A stretch of 60,463 bases of DNA, counting the filler. It is 4 parts of 4 records of this genome, joined end to end, with 100 filler letters (N's around TTAATTAATTAA, not from the genome) between each part and the next. Parts side by side here need not be neighbours in the genome. Positions count along the whole stretch, not along the records: positions 1 to 17,308 come from SRR2962707_449; 3 more parts are not named here. The stretch is one strand, 5' to 3'. Position numbers and translations under genes: made by a program. This document shows positions 1-13,800 of the stretch, one piece after another (within the stretch, counting starts at the first letter, position 1; every line of letters starts with the position of its first letter). The notes under the pieces are model-generated. The model searched no databases, was not told the origin of the DNA, and saw only the letters and a list, made by a program, of their open reading frames with translations.

Positions 1-17
1 CACACACACACACACAC
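1..17. repeat. (CA)n microsatellite at contig start
   Basis: cacacacacacacacac; likely assembly break point. Confidence 0.95.
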
Positions 18-219
18 GAACTTTTCGATTGTTGTTTGTGTTTTGTTTTTTGTTTTTTGTTTGCTTCGCTTTTCGCCCGAAGAGAACACAGATAACCAAA
101 ATGGAACCGCTCTTTCGCAGATACGGCCAGTGAAGAAGTACGCACCTGAAAGAAACTCGCCGCCATCCTCCCGGCCAGCCGGTCGATTCCTCCTCCAACC
201 AACCAAGCCGCAACTCACC

Positions 220-1007
220 ATGGGAGTGAATAGCACCGAGACGACTGCGGGAGCAGTCGCCTTCTGCGACCCCACTCAGATGCCAATGACAATGCTGATG
301 ATGGGATTCGCCACTTCCTGGGACCCTGCGTGGGGCTGCCTTGTTTTCTTGTTCCAGGATTTCAACGTCAACAGCGTGGGTTCCCTCATCCTCACGTACG
401 TGATCACGCTTGCGCTGGCGCTTTTTGAGCACGGGGTCGACTTTGGCAGGAAGATTCTCCGCCAGCGCAACGACGCTGCAAGCATTTGCTTCACAGTCAT
501 CGACAGCACACTGTATGCCCTGAAGCTGGGAGCAGCGTACCTCCTCATGCTGGTAGCTATGACGTCAGTACTTCAAGTTTGCCACCAGCCATGCATTCGC
601 TGTGGCCATGAAATGTATTACGTTGCACAATCAATTCTTTCCAAAAATCTGCACCAAACTCGATCAAGCAGCTCACGGTGGTGCCGTTGCTCGACTGAGT
701 ATGACGAGCTTTAAATTGACAACAGCGCTGTGCGAATGCTTGCTTGTGTACTGTGCTGTGATGATGCATGCGCAGGTATCGAACTGATCTCTTCATTGTT
801 GTGCTGCTGAGCTTGGGTGTGGCTCACGTCATATTCCACGGCCAAATCTGCTGCAAAATCTGCTGCAAGTCAACGCAAACAGGCAAGAGGGGCCGCACGT
901 CTCAGCAACAAAAAGCCGAAAATCCTCATGCAGTAGCTTTTCTCGACAACGAGGCAGAAATTGGAACCGATGGCGACGGGGGATGCGACTGTTGCGGCAC
1001 TGACTAA
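220..1007 (+). CDS. Ctr/SLC31 family copper transporter, 2 exons (220-563, 776-1007)
   Basis: Met-rich N-terminus (MPMTMLMMGF). Removing intron 564-775 (GTCAGT...GCGCAG) gives AYLLMLVAMT-YRTDLFIVVLLSLGVAHVIF, i.e. the Ctr MxxxM motif followed by TM3. Cys-rich tail (CCKICC, CDCC). Confidence 0.85.
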
Positions 1008-1215
1008 TGGCTGAATAAGGACCAGAACCGTAACATTAGATGGTGGACAGAGAAGTCACAATTCGCTCACAATCCGACTGTCCATTTCTCCACACATCGT
1101 TCGATCACCACCACTGCAGGAATACGTTCATATTATTATTCAAAAAAGTGAATGTCCATTGGTTGAGCGCCACGCCATCATCGACCTACTTTCGTCTGAC
1201 ATGCCCCACGGTGCA

Positions 1216-1815
1216 TCATTTGTGCGCGGCGTCCTGCAACGTCTGCATTTGTCGGTAGTCATTGCTCTTCACGAACTCACGATACACGTCAGACTCAATC
1301 GAATTGATAATGCACGCTTTCGCCATGTTGAAAATAGACATCTGGAACAAACACAAACAAAACTCGCCTTGAGAAACCACACAATCGATCACGACATCGA
1401 TGGACGGCTAACATTACACGCGGCATCGTACCAGGCCCTCGCGAGTCGTCTTTGGAGAATCTACGGCAGCAAGAATCTCGTCGCGCACCTCCTCGTCCAA
1501 ATCATCAAGCGTGTCAAACGCATCAAGCTTGATGAATCGCTTAACGACAGCTTGGGCGCGACGCTTGGCTGGCCCAGAGTCTCCACGCTGCCACCGCACA
1601 TCGTGTTCGAATGAAGCTTCGTACTCGATAACAGCGTTGTAGAAATCAATCATGCAAGTGTCAAAATGATTGTCCATAAACCTGAAGCAAATTCAAAAAG
1701 GCAATGTGTGTCACATACGTGAGCCAGCAACCATTTGCATCAGACAAAATGCACAGGCATAGCGCACCGGTAGAGAAACTCCTGTTGCTCCGACCGACGC
1801 AGTACCGCTTCTAAC
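1216..1815 (-). other. RGS (RH) domain encoded by the last three exons of the Furry-like gene
   Basis: Spliced translation LEAVLRRSEQQEFLYRFMDNHFDTCMIDFYNAVIEYE...AQAVVKRFIKLDAFDTLDDLDEEVRDEI...MSIFNMAKACIINSIESDVYREFVKSNDY follows the RGS pattern (L..lL....F..F....idF..v.ey; A..I...FI; F..Aq..i...me.D.y.rF.kS..Y). Confidence 0.8.
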
Positions 1816-4800
1816 GGCGGTGCAGTTGCCATTGCCACGCGCAAAGAAGCATCTTCATCAGTGTGGGTCGCTTGGCTCTCGCCGCTCGAGTCCTCACTCT
1901 CGCTTCCAACATCAAGATTTTCTGGTTGGTTGGCGTCTTCCTCTCCATCGCTGTGAGCGCGGGCTGCTGGTGCGTTTGATGCGCTGACTTCTTGGGTTCC
2001 CGCAATGTCTTTGCTCTCGTGAAACCGTGCTTGCATTGAGGGGTGCTTATGGGCAACGCTGGTGCGCCCTTCAGAAAACTGCGACTCTACACTGTAGTTT
2101 TCGTGCACAGTTTTCTGAGACTGTTCATCAAAAATTTCATGAAAAAGGGCCGTCGCGGTTGGAGTCGACTCCAACGGGCCAATCTCAACCTCAACCGCGC
2201 TGTCGTCGTCGGAATGGTCGTCGTGGCTGCCGGTACTGCCTATGTCGGAACCTTCATCGGTGTCTGGTGGTAGTGGAATTTCGGCATTTCTATCAAATTG
2301 CATCGACGGGTCAAATGTATCATAGTTGGGAATGTGAATGCTGCTGCCGGTTGAGCTGGAACTTCGGCTATTGCTGGAAGAATTGGAGCTTTCAGAGTCA
2401 CTCGAGCTGCTTGAGCCACCACTATTTTGAGGGACTCGCAGAAATGCAAGCGAATCATCTGAATCCAAATGCGTGTGTGCAGTGGTGTCGTGCGCATCAC
2501 CCATACCACTGTGTGAAGTTCTGTTCGAGTGATCAGAATCCGACCCATGAAGGTCGCCGCGAGGCAACCAATCTGCCATTTCCTCAAATTGGCGCAAAAG
2601 ATGCACCTCAACGCTGAAAATAGTCGTAAATCGTTCTTTCAAACCTGCACGGGACACCGCACCAGACCATGCTGGGGGGTGCAGGTCCACTGCATCGCCA
2701 CTTTCGCCAATGGCCACACCACGCTTACGTTGCGGCCCCGCATTGGACCCCGCACTGGACCCAGCGAAAGAGAACAAAGATTGAACATGGCTGAGGCGTC
2801 GACCGTTTTTGGTCTCAATATCATCAGCCTTGAGGGGTTCCCACGCCGCCAAGCACGGTTGAGACAAACTATGCAAAATCGTCTCATAGGTTCGAAGCAA
2901 CTGGCTATCATTTGCCTTCGAGTCAAAGGTATCTCCCGCACTGGCATTTCCGGTAACCGAATGGCTTGGGCTGAGAATTTCCCCAAAAACCGTCAGCATG
3001 TCGTGAACCGCACCAGCAACGGACTTCGGCTCAAAGTCATCTCTTCGCTGGAGGGCTTCTAAGAGGGCGCAGATCATTTCGACGGCAATAGCGCCACGCA
3101 CGTCTATCGCGCTGGGATTTAGCTCGCCGGCGTTGTGGATTCGGCACACAGCTTTCACGTACATCAAAAGAACGCGCATACATGGTGCGGCTGCAACTGG
3201 GTAGTGCTCGCCGACGCACTCCGCGAACATGATTAGCCACGGGCGATAGTCGGCATTTTTCTTTTGGCCGTTTCCAGCAAGCTTTGCGTTGTCCGATCTG
3301 ACTCGAGCATTCCCAGTAAAAACAGGTGGAAGCAACCCAGGACGTACATGCTCCTGCTGCAAGCCATCGTCCACTTGTCCGCCACTGCCTTGGTCATGTT
3401 TGGTGGATCCAAAAAATGCATCGGTGCAACGTTTGAGAATGCGCGCAAGGTCAAAAGCCACGGATGCGGAGTCTTCTGAGAAAAAATCGGACATAATTGA
3501 CAGTAGGGCATGCTCACGGGCAACCGTGGCACTACTTTCGAAACGTAGCGCTCCACCCCCTGACGAGGAGGACTTCCGAGATGGGGATCCGACTGAGGCT
3601 CCATCATCGCCAAGTCCGAGGTCGATACCCAACGCTGCAAAACGGTTGCTGCCATTGCGACTGATGCTATTGCTGCCTCCTCCGCGATAGTGGTCGGGGG
3701 AGAACCGCTGATCTTGCTCCTCAAGAAAATCCGCTGACGGGATGCGCGGCGGCAATCCCCATCCAGCATTTGGGCCGAAATCCGATCCGTATATCGATGC
3801 TGCACTTCCAACAAGACGCCCAGCGCGCCCTTGGAGAGGACGTGGCACCTTGCACGTGCAAGCCATCGATCCAAGAAGCGGGAGAAGCAACGTTGTCACG
3901 AGAATGCGACGCACAAGCACGCGCGGCGCGCCCGCCAATTGGTTGTTAGTGAGCTTACCAGCAAGCAATAGCAGTTCCACATCAGGCGTTCGGCAATGAC
4001 ATGCGGACAGCCGCAACGCTTTATCTACGCAGGAGACAAACAAGCCAGCTGCGTCTCGCAAGCTCGCCTGTTTAGACGGACGGGCACCTCGGTAACTGCC
4101 CGAGCTTTTTCTTGAGGGCTTGAAAGATGTGTTACCGTCTACTGCCCAGATATTTTCCGCGTCGTTCTCTGATGCAGAAGAGCTGTCCGACGCGTAGGAT
4201 CCCAAACTTTCTTCGCTGGTGTTTTGGGCACGGTACTTTTCAGGAGAAACTCGCACAGACGCGGCCATTCCAGCATCCTTGCCGAGCAACGCAAACGCAC
4301 CACGCGTTACCGCGCGAGAAGAAATCCGTGCGTAGTCCCACAGAGTTGTGTCAAGGCTGTGGCGCTCATCCAAAAGTGCACGTAATCGATCCGACTGAAA
4401 TATGTGCAAAAGCATGCTTCGAGTTAACTGTTGAAACTGAGGTCCGTGCTGCGTCACATCCAATGCGGCATGGTCTACAAGAGCGACAGTTGTCCAAAAG
4501 TACGCCACGAAGCAACGAGCATCAACGCCACTGCCTGGGATGCCACTTTGGTGGCGGCGGTGGCGCCTAGCAGCGTTATTGTTGCCCACCCCTGGGGCTT
4601 CACTGACGCCCCGGTAGTTATCTGCGCTCAGGACAACATTGCTCGTGTCCCACATTTGCGACTTGCGCACCCACACCTCAACAATGGTCTTGCAAGCACG
4701 TGCCAAGCTTTCAATTAATGCATGGTACTCCACGCCAGATCGTAATTCAGAGTCATCCTGTCGACTTTGGCTACGCCGCATGGTCGCTTCAACAAGCAAA

Positions 4801-7800
4801 GCTTGCAGAAACAAAGATTCAGCCCGTACTGCAAAGTTTTGGTCAGATATGCTTGACGTTGACGGATAGAGAACTGATCCACGATGCACGCGGTCCAACA
4901 AGCGAATGCAGGGGACTTGAACTGCGGGGCAATTTCGTGTCTTGGAAATCCACTCGCAGAGCACCTCCACCCAACGGTGCACAATGCGATAATCCGTTTC
5001 TTGCAGGTGACCTAACAAAAGAATGGCATCAACTACAGTCTGAACGGACATGTCGAAACCAGCATTCAAATCAGTGTCGTTGGCAGACCAGTACCTGGCG
5101 CAAGCGAGAGCAACAAACCCAATCACGGTGTGAAGCAAAGCCAACATCCGCATTCTGGGTCATACTAGCGCAAAGAATTACGACTCACCCATGTGACTTC
5201 TTCACATTGCCCGCCCCCGATGTAAATGCTTGGGTTCTCTCAATGTTGTTGTGAAATCCCAGTTTCATTGAAGTTTTTTCGGCGATGAGCACATCCAGAC
5301 TCGCCACAATTTCTTCAAGCTTCAGCAGCACGCCCATTCGCATCCTCAAATGGCGTTGCTCCCGAAAAACTCCAGCCGCCTGAAAGCCGTGAAGGATCAA
5401 ATCGAGTATGCCCATAATGTCGCGATTTTTCCCCAGAAGGCCCACCGTGATTCTGTGCGTTTGAAGGTGATCAATGGCATTGATCGCAAGACGACGTAAA
5501 ACAGCAAGTAACAGATGCTGTTCCGCAAAAGTGTTGAAACTTTGAAGTGTCCCTGCTCCTGGAATAGCGACATTTCTCACCACGAGAGTTGTGATAACGA
5601 ACGTGCACAGAGTTGGCAAGTGCTCACGGAAAATTCCCTCGGGCATCACCGTGACAAGTTCGCCTAAAACCGATGATAAAACAGAACGCAGTGCTGCATT
5701 CTCAGCCCACGCTGTGCCATTTCCGGCCGAACGCAATGCCACGGCAGCTGCGCTCTGCACATTCTGTACCGCCTCACGCTTGGCTTGCTCCACTGACACC
5801 TCTCCCATGCTATCGCTCGACGGAACAGGCCGATTGCCTGCACCTTCAGCATCTTTTTGGGAGTTCGCCAACATACGACTTTCGTCGGAAGTTGAGGAGC
5901 TGTCGTCGCTATCTTCTACTTCTGAGTCCTCAACAATCGTTGCGGGCACAACACTTCCAACTGGAACGTCTCGAAGTCCGGCCACGCTAGGGTCTTTTGC
6001 GTTAGGAGCGATGCTGTGAGCGAATGAACCAGCCGCACGCTGGCCTTGTGCAGAGTCACTGGCACATGTTGCAGCTTCGCAAATGGGATTGACTTCCAGC
6101 AGTAGCCTGTACCACAGATGGAACTTTCCCCCTGCACTCCAATCTTCAGTTTGCATCCCGAACGCTTGAGGGCCGTTTTTCTGTTGTTGTTTTTCCGGTG
6201 AAGTGTCAGGTGTACTGCTGCTGCTGGCGGTACTGCTGAAGCTCGGGTCCGCGGCTTTGGACTGGGGCTGGTTTTTCGTATCTTGCTGTGCTTGAGCTTC
6301 CGTCCGAAAAGTAAACGCGAGTGGATGCATGAGCGATTCAACGACAATCGAGGGGATTTGTGGAAATAAGGACATAGAAATCGCTGTCATAATCTCCCGT
6401 GCCAATCTGCACACGATCGGAGGGCTCGGACAAAAAGCACTTGCATGCGTCGCAGAAGAACCAGCATTTCGTTCGTCGTTCTGTCCCGTTTGGCAAGGTG
6501 TTCGGTGAATTGATTCTACCTTTCCAATCAAATAACGCAAAACGGCAAGAGATCCACTCGTGTCAACCAAAGAAACCGTGCGAACTTGAGCCAGCACGAC
6601 CCAAATGCGTATGAGCTCTGGTGGTGGAACAAAGTCACGCTGCTGCTCCAGCACAGCACAGCTCATGAGCCAAAAAGGTTCCAGAGCAAGGGCGTGCCCC
6701 TGGGCCTGCTTGCTCTGAACCTCCATCTCCATCAGCGTGTCCGCGTGAAGAGGAATTTCACGGTCAAGGGTGAAGTTACGCAAGTGAACAGCTCGGTTGC
6801 CAGGCGATAAAACGTCATGGTTGCTGAAATCGTTGCTGTCGGTCGAGACGTGGACCCCTTTAATGCGTTGAGCTGCAGACTCACACCACGGAAGCAAAAT
6901 GCGGAGTCCCCATTTAAGGTACTGACCACGAAGAAAAGGGAAAGCCTGAACGCGGCGGAAGTACCTGCAACAGGTTTCGATCACAAAGTGATGAATGAAC
7001 GCAACACACTCACACAAAGCGGCAACACAACAATCGTTGAATGAAATTTTGTTGTTGTAACGCACTCCGTCAGGAATTGTGGGGCACGATTACGCAGCAC
7101 AAGGGCAAGAACACGGCAGGCTTCGCGAGCAATCAGCTCCGCAACATTGGGGGCCACCGTTTCGGACTTCACAGCGAGTCGATGCAAGTGGTGGATAACG
7201 ATGCGAAAACTCATGAGCCGCGGATCCTAACAATGGTAAATGCATTCAATCAATCCAAGACACGTGCGAAGCTTAATGCGGCGACCAAACTGCAAGAAAG
7301 CAAACACGACATGCGCAATGGCGCAGCAACACACCTCTTCTGGAACATTGGGAAAGTCCTCCATTGCTGTCTGTTCCTCCAAGGTCGCAGGAGACACTGC
7401 AGGGGAGGCACTTGGTATAGCCGTGTTTCCGTTTCCAAGTCCTCCAAACGAACGTGATGCGAATGCCTCCAAGGTAATTGGTGCTTGTCCAGGGTATGCC
7501 CCGGCAACACCAATTTCCAAATCAACAGTGTCATCGGCAGCACCGGTTGCGACGGCAATGAAGACAAGAGTCGCCACCATGCTATATCTGCAAGACATGA
7601 ACAATGAATAGCGTGACTACAGGCGTACATCCAAATACGACCAACAGCTGGGTATACGCGTTTACACGTACGCTGTACTTCGCATGGCACGTGGCGCAGA
7701 GGGCCCGATGCACAGCAACGACAAGAACAGCAACGTTTCGAAATTTTGAGGCAACTTTACCGCCCTTTGCGTTGGCGCAGCTTCATCACCTGATGATGGA

Positions 7801-10800
7801 GTTGTTGGGACATTGCGTCCGTGCTGATGAAGAATTTGCGAATGCGCTTTGCGCAAACCAGCCGACAAACTACGGAGAATTAGCATAACGTTCGCTTCAG
7901 CTTGGAAAACGCGGAGCTCAGTAGACTCGCGCGCAGATCGAGGCTCAACACAGTCGTTTGCAGAACCACGTCCACTGAGGGTACTGGTTCCGCGGGAGCT
8001 CACGTTCCGGGCAGTGAAGGCACTGCCCCCAAAGGTTTGCATATTGGATTTTCCATCTGCCTGTTTGGATGGAAAATAGAATTGGTACCTTTCTGCCCCG
8101 CTTTGCGTGGATGCAAATCGAAGCGACGGACGGGAAAAATCGTTTTCAACCCGAACCATATCCGGCATATTACGGCCAAACGACCAAGAATCTGCGTCCA
8201 CATGAATTGCCGCGCGAGCTTCATTCGAGGTGGAGCCTGAGGCTGCTCTCCCAGAGTTTTGGGTTCGTCGCGAAGGTGACGATGCACGGCGATTACGTAC
8301 TGCATCAACGAACGAATAAACTTCAAAGTGAGAATCGGCAACAACAAAAAGGTCAACACTGTCAGCTTTCTGCTGCCTTCTCTGCTTTTCGCGCGCTGCC
8401 TCACTTGGATCAACGTGAGAGGACCCATGTTGTTGCTGCCATTGGTGAAGTGGGTGAGGTTCTTGCCTGTTTGCTACTGCACCTCCACCGCCATCGGAAG
8501 TGGCCTGCCAAAGCAGGATCTCCGCCGCGTGGGCTCGAAAGTTGGTGTTGTGCGCTGCTTTGGCCAAGAACAAGTAAAATACTGTAATGAGTACACTGAC
8601 AACCTTCCAGTTCGCGCGGACGTAGGGTGCAAGGATGTTGCGGTGCCCGTGCGTTTCAACGGCTAGTATCCAGCAGATATCACTTGCGACCGCAAGCTTC
8701 GTGGATTGAGGTAGTGGATCTGACGCTGGTCGCAACGGTCCCAGGTGCACCAATGCCTGTGCGGCTGCAATGAGACCGAGTTGGAACCGAGCAAGCGCTT
8801 CGTACACTCGGAGGTGCAAATGAACTAAACGCCGGTGCAAAGCCACCTTCGCAGCAGCTGAGGAACCCACTGGGTCACTGCCTGCTGGTTCCTGGGCTTG
8901 GGGAAGGCGTGGCTGCTTCAAGAAGCATGCCCGAGCGGCTTTTCTGCCAGTACCCTGACAGGCATGTGCATGTTCATCCCGATGCCATCCATCGCCACTA
9001 TCTGCCACAAACAATTGGGACAATGAACCGGGCACCTGTAGTTGCACCAATGTAACACCGTCACAGCCAAGTGCATGCCGTCTTGATGAACGTTGTGTTC
9101 CATCGTAGCAATAGTCCAACAATTGACGTCCTGGGACAGCAACGGGCACCGAAGGAAGAAACGTCACGCCAGCAACACTACAACGTCGGCAGCTAGAAAT
9201 ACGCCACCACACAGTGTTCCTGGTTCGGAACGACCACGTTTGCAGGTCTGTACGGCGTAGCGCATCTTTGTTGCTACGGGACTTTGCCGCTCCAAGACTC
9301 CCAGAGTGCTCTCCGACGCCGACGCCAATTTTTCCGTCTTTGGAAGCAGGTGCCGCCACGTTTTTAGGTCGGCTCGCTCGGCGAAGTGATGATGGCTCTG
9401 CCGTCACCCGCACCCGGTGGTTCGTAGCAAGCGCTGCGAGCGTGGTGACAAGCTCCACACTGTACCTCAAATCGGCAGCGTCCACTTCGTAGCGACCAGT
9501 GAGAGTGTCCCAACGTAACCCTTGTGAAGCAGGGACACCGTTCAATCCACCCGGGCCCGCTGCCTGTGGCAGACGTTGCCAGGCATGTTCGAGCAAAAAT
9601 TTATCAAGCACAGCAAAATCGCTCACAAGACGTGCTGCTGCTTCCGCTTGCCGGCGTGACGATACTTCTTTGTCAAAGTTGTCATCGCTGTCGACCACGT
9701 GCAGCTCCCTGCACGTGTGCCCAACTTGTTTGGGTCGCTCACTCGATGTAGAACAAAACGTCGACGTGGGTTCACGGGGGATATCACAGGTAATAGAACT
9801 CTGAAAGAAGTCGCGCACGAATGCTCGGGTCTGCGTATACGATAGCACAAAACGCATGAGCGTTTCTGCGACAGCGCGTTCTCCTAGCACCATGTAATGC
9901 TTTTGTTGAATGCGAGATGACGATTTGGCCGTCAGTGACGGATCTGTAGCGGCCATCAGCCTCTGGTGGTAGGCTTCGAGGGTCCCTGCGACACCAACGA
10001 TCGTACTTCCTGCTGCCACTGTCAACGTTGGAAATTGCCTAACTTCAAAACCACTGTTCAAACTGCCGCGAAGCGACGATGTCTTGCCGCTTGACCCAAA
10101 AATGTACCGAATGTCTGTCAAGGATGATTCCCACGACCACGTACTAGTTCCACTCCCCGCACTGGATACCCCCCTACCGCCAATCACTTTGCTAACACGG
10201 CTGATGTTGGCGTTGAGATACCTAGCAGTGTCAATTGTGCGCAGTGACCAACCCCACGCCACATACGTAACAAAACAATCACATGAGCTGAGTTTTGCAA
10301 GGATTCATCGGGAATCAATACCATTCGAAACAAACATATATCAGCAATTCGGTAAGTTCTGCGACGCACTGAGATCCGCTGACGGGACTTCCCCATTTCA
10401 GAGCAAGTTGAATCACCAACCCACTTGCTGATCGATCCACAGCGGTCAGCATCTCGTGTATCAACCCTTGCCAATACAAAGCGTACATTGCATTGTAGTA
10501 GGAGGGATCGGCTGTCGGAGCACTCAGCGTACGGCCGTCATTCCCTTGAAAGAGCGCCGTCGGATGCAGCAAACGCGGCGCGGGAAGGTGCCATCGCATG
10601 CTATGGCGAGCTTCCTCCATGTCAAGAACCGAGAGACAGGTCTTGGCAGACTTTGACATCCCTTCGTTCCCAAGTGCAGCAATTCCTGGACTACCACACG
10701 CCGACGAGAACGATGCCTCAAAAGCAAAGCGGGTCCACTGCAGCTCGACGACATGATGTTCAGCAGCGTTTTCGAAAAGACCTCGCAGTAGGTCCCGAAA

Positions 10801-13800
10801 TAAAAACAGTAGCACAGCTTCCTGACTCGTGTCGGCATTGATGGGATTATCTGCACCAATGCAGTCCGCATTGGCATTCTGATCTCCGACGCCACCAGAA
10901 CCTGCTCCGCGGTTCCCACGAGCCGACTTGGTTGGGGAGTGGATGGACGACTTTCCACTTGATGATAATGGAGCTGCAGCCGTTCGACCACCACTCACCC
11001 TCGGAGCAGAAGCGGTATTTTGGCGCAGCCGCTGCATTGAAGAAGCTGGTATCTCGTACAAAGAATACAGACACGTTGTCAACGCAAAGAACATCGCTGC
11101 ATGATCTGCCATATGTCGAAACACATGAAAAAGCCCATCAGAGGTCTTGTCTGAGTCACTGCTCGTGTCCGCCTGCCCAGCCGGCGCACTTGTACTTTCG
11201 CTACCGACTGGGCCGGCTCGACTGAAGTTGGTGCTTGCGGCGCCAGCGCTTCTGTCAGTGTTGCGCGATGCTGCGGATTGTAAAGGCGACGACCCCCGAT
11301 ACAAAGCTGAATGCTCCTGAGCCAGACTGGAAGCTAAACCGTGAAAATGTCGGAGATCCGCAAAATTGTAGCAGTTGACCTTTGCATCAGACATCCAACT
11401 CCACAGCTGTGCACGGGCACGACGGATCGTGACATGGCTGAGGTGCCGATGGCAGCACTTTACAAGTTCGACTCGCACCATCCACCAAACTTTCTGAGGA
11501 TTCTCGATGAAATCGTCCACCGTGCGAAGAGGCAGTTTTGAATCCGCCGTGTCAGATATGTCCTTTATTGTTGCGTTTCCGGAAGGCCAGGCAACATGCC
11601 TGAGTTTGTGCACGCTGCAATGGCGCTGCAATCGAAGTTTTGCCCTTCGAAGGATGACATGCTGCTTGTCGCGGAGCACCTGCCACAGAGACGAGGAGCG
11701 GTATCCGCGCACTGTTGTAGCAGAGTCATCAAAGTTTTGAGACCCACTTGCGGAATCAGCGCCACCCAAACTCCCAAACGAAGGTCGGGGAGGGCTCGCA
11801 CGTGCACGTGGGGATGGAAAAGGTGAATCATTGGCACTGTCAAAAACCATCATTCACGAAAGCACATGGCGCATCAAACACACAATACAGCCAGTACACA
11901 CTGCTCGTGAAAAAACGCCGAAGAGTACGCAACAGCAAAACACGGAACTTGGCAAGCATCGCAACTTAAGAGATCTTCAACGTACGTTTCACCGACATTT
12001 TGTTCGAGTGCGTCGTTGCTATATCCATCGCTTTCAGACGTGCTATTCCCATCTTTAGCAAGAGCAGAAGCAAGGCGGAACGCAAGCTTCCGGATTGTGG
12101 GGCTGGCGTGCACAAACAACGTCAGGCACAAAGCCTCCACCTTGAAGTACCACTTGGGCCTGGTGGTTGGCGTACACATGTTTTCATAATGGTGAAGGCC
12201 ATGGTGACGAAGCCCAGCTTGGACCAAGACGACAAGCTCGTGGCGGCAACAAAAGCTTCAAATACAATTACAAACCTGCCAAGCACCGTTGTGGGTCGTC
12301 GCCGCGGGGTTGTGCCGGCGGTGGCAGACGCTGCTTGTTGCTGGGTGACCTCTGTCTGCGAAGGTAGCCGCAGGACAATGGCGGTCAAAATACCGACAGC
12401 TGCGACAACTTGCTGTACATCCGATCGCACTGCGTGCCTTAGAATGCTTGCAATGAAAGTCTGTCATTCGTGTCCGACATATTCACGAGGTGGGTAGGCC
12501 AAACACACAACCCAACAGCGTAAATAACAAATGCGCACGAAGTGATAAATATACGCAATGCCCGGCTGCGCCACAATTAAGAAAGTGTTCTCACCTGGAT
12601 CACACACTCCTCCACAATGCGGGAATCAGACTCCAAAGCAATTTTTTGGAACGTGTGCGACACCGCAGTCGCCAAGCGCCAATGGGGAAAGTATAAGAGC
12701 TCGATCTGAGGAAGAAACTGCATTACCTTCTTTTTGGCTTTGAAATCGGCGCCTCGAGAATCGGCTACACAAAGAGCAAAAACACGCCGCAAATGAATTT
12801 CCAGCACAAGAGATTACATTTTGCTGGTTGTCAAGCCACAATGACAACAACAGCAAACATTGGCAACTCACTTTTCAGGGACTCTGAACTAATTTGAGAG
12901 CGGATTCCCCCGGCAGAATTTCGACGTTGGTTCCGCACATCACCCTCTGGCTCACAAGCGAACCACGCATGCATACGATGATGAGTCGGTGAATTTGCTG
13001 CCGCTGCTGCAGAAGCAGCAGACTTTGATGGAGAAGGCGTTGTGGAGGCGACAGGGTGTTGCTGTTGCCTTCGCAGGCTGTATTGCTCCAAAATCTCAGT
13101 ACTGGGGCAAAACATGCACGCCTTTAATCTCTCCATCGCAACCAATGCATCCAGAAGAGCCTACAGACCGATGTTCAAGAGAAGGAGGCAGCACCCAAAC
13201 AATCAGCAGCGCAACGGTCATCGCATTGCGCCTCAACATGTACAGTTGCTGCATGGCCACCACAAACAATACTCGAGACCCACCGCCCGGTTGCCTTTGT
13301 AGTTCCCCGGCACTTTCGCGCTTGTCCGCAAAATAGACTGCAAACGAAGAAACCACCGTTTACGTTGAGCAGCAACTGCCTTATGCTCCGAATAGCCGCG
13401 TGGGTGAATATTTGGCGGGAAGGCATCGTCGTAGTGGCTAAAAATGAGGGCATCGTACTCGTCACTCGCAGGTTGACCAGTCTCAACTCCGCCACCCGAA
13501 AACTTGAATCCACCAAAAAAGCTACCAGTACCGGTCCCGTGACTGCTGCCGCTCATGCTCCCTGACCCGGAGGATGCCCCTGCAAACTCACTATTCGTCC
13601 CAGCACTGTGCCGTGTGCTGACACCGCAGTACTCATAGGCCAGATCAAAAAAATTACGAGCCTGCAGCAACCAAAAAGGAAGTGCCTGAGAATGAAGCGC
13701 CCACAATCAAAACATGATGTGCTTTCACTCCTTCCGGCTCGTGACTGCATGGCACCGTACCTGCATATCTGTGAGGATGCCTTGTGCCGTTTCCTGCACT

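Noticed and set aside
43-714. 223-aa single-exon ORF from the track
   Set aside because: Starts at TTG upstream of the real ATG (220) and runs into the intron; the spliced Ctr model fits better.
1414-1677. Stand-alone 87-aa gene
   Set aside because: Bounded by good acceptor and donor sites and encodes only the middle of the RGS domain; an internal exon.
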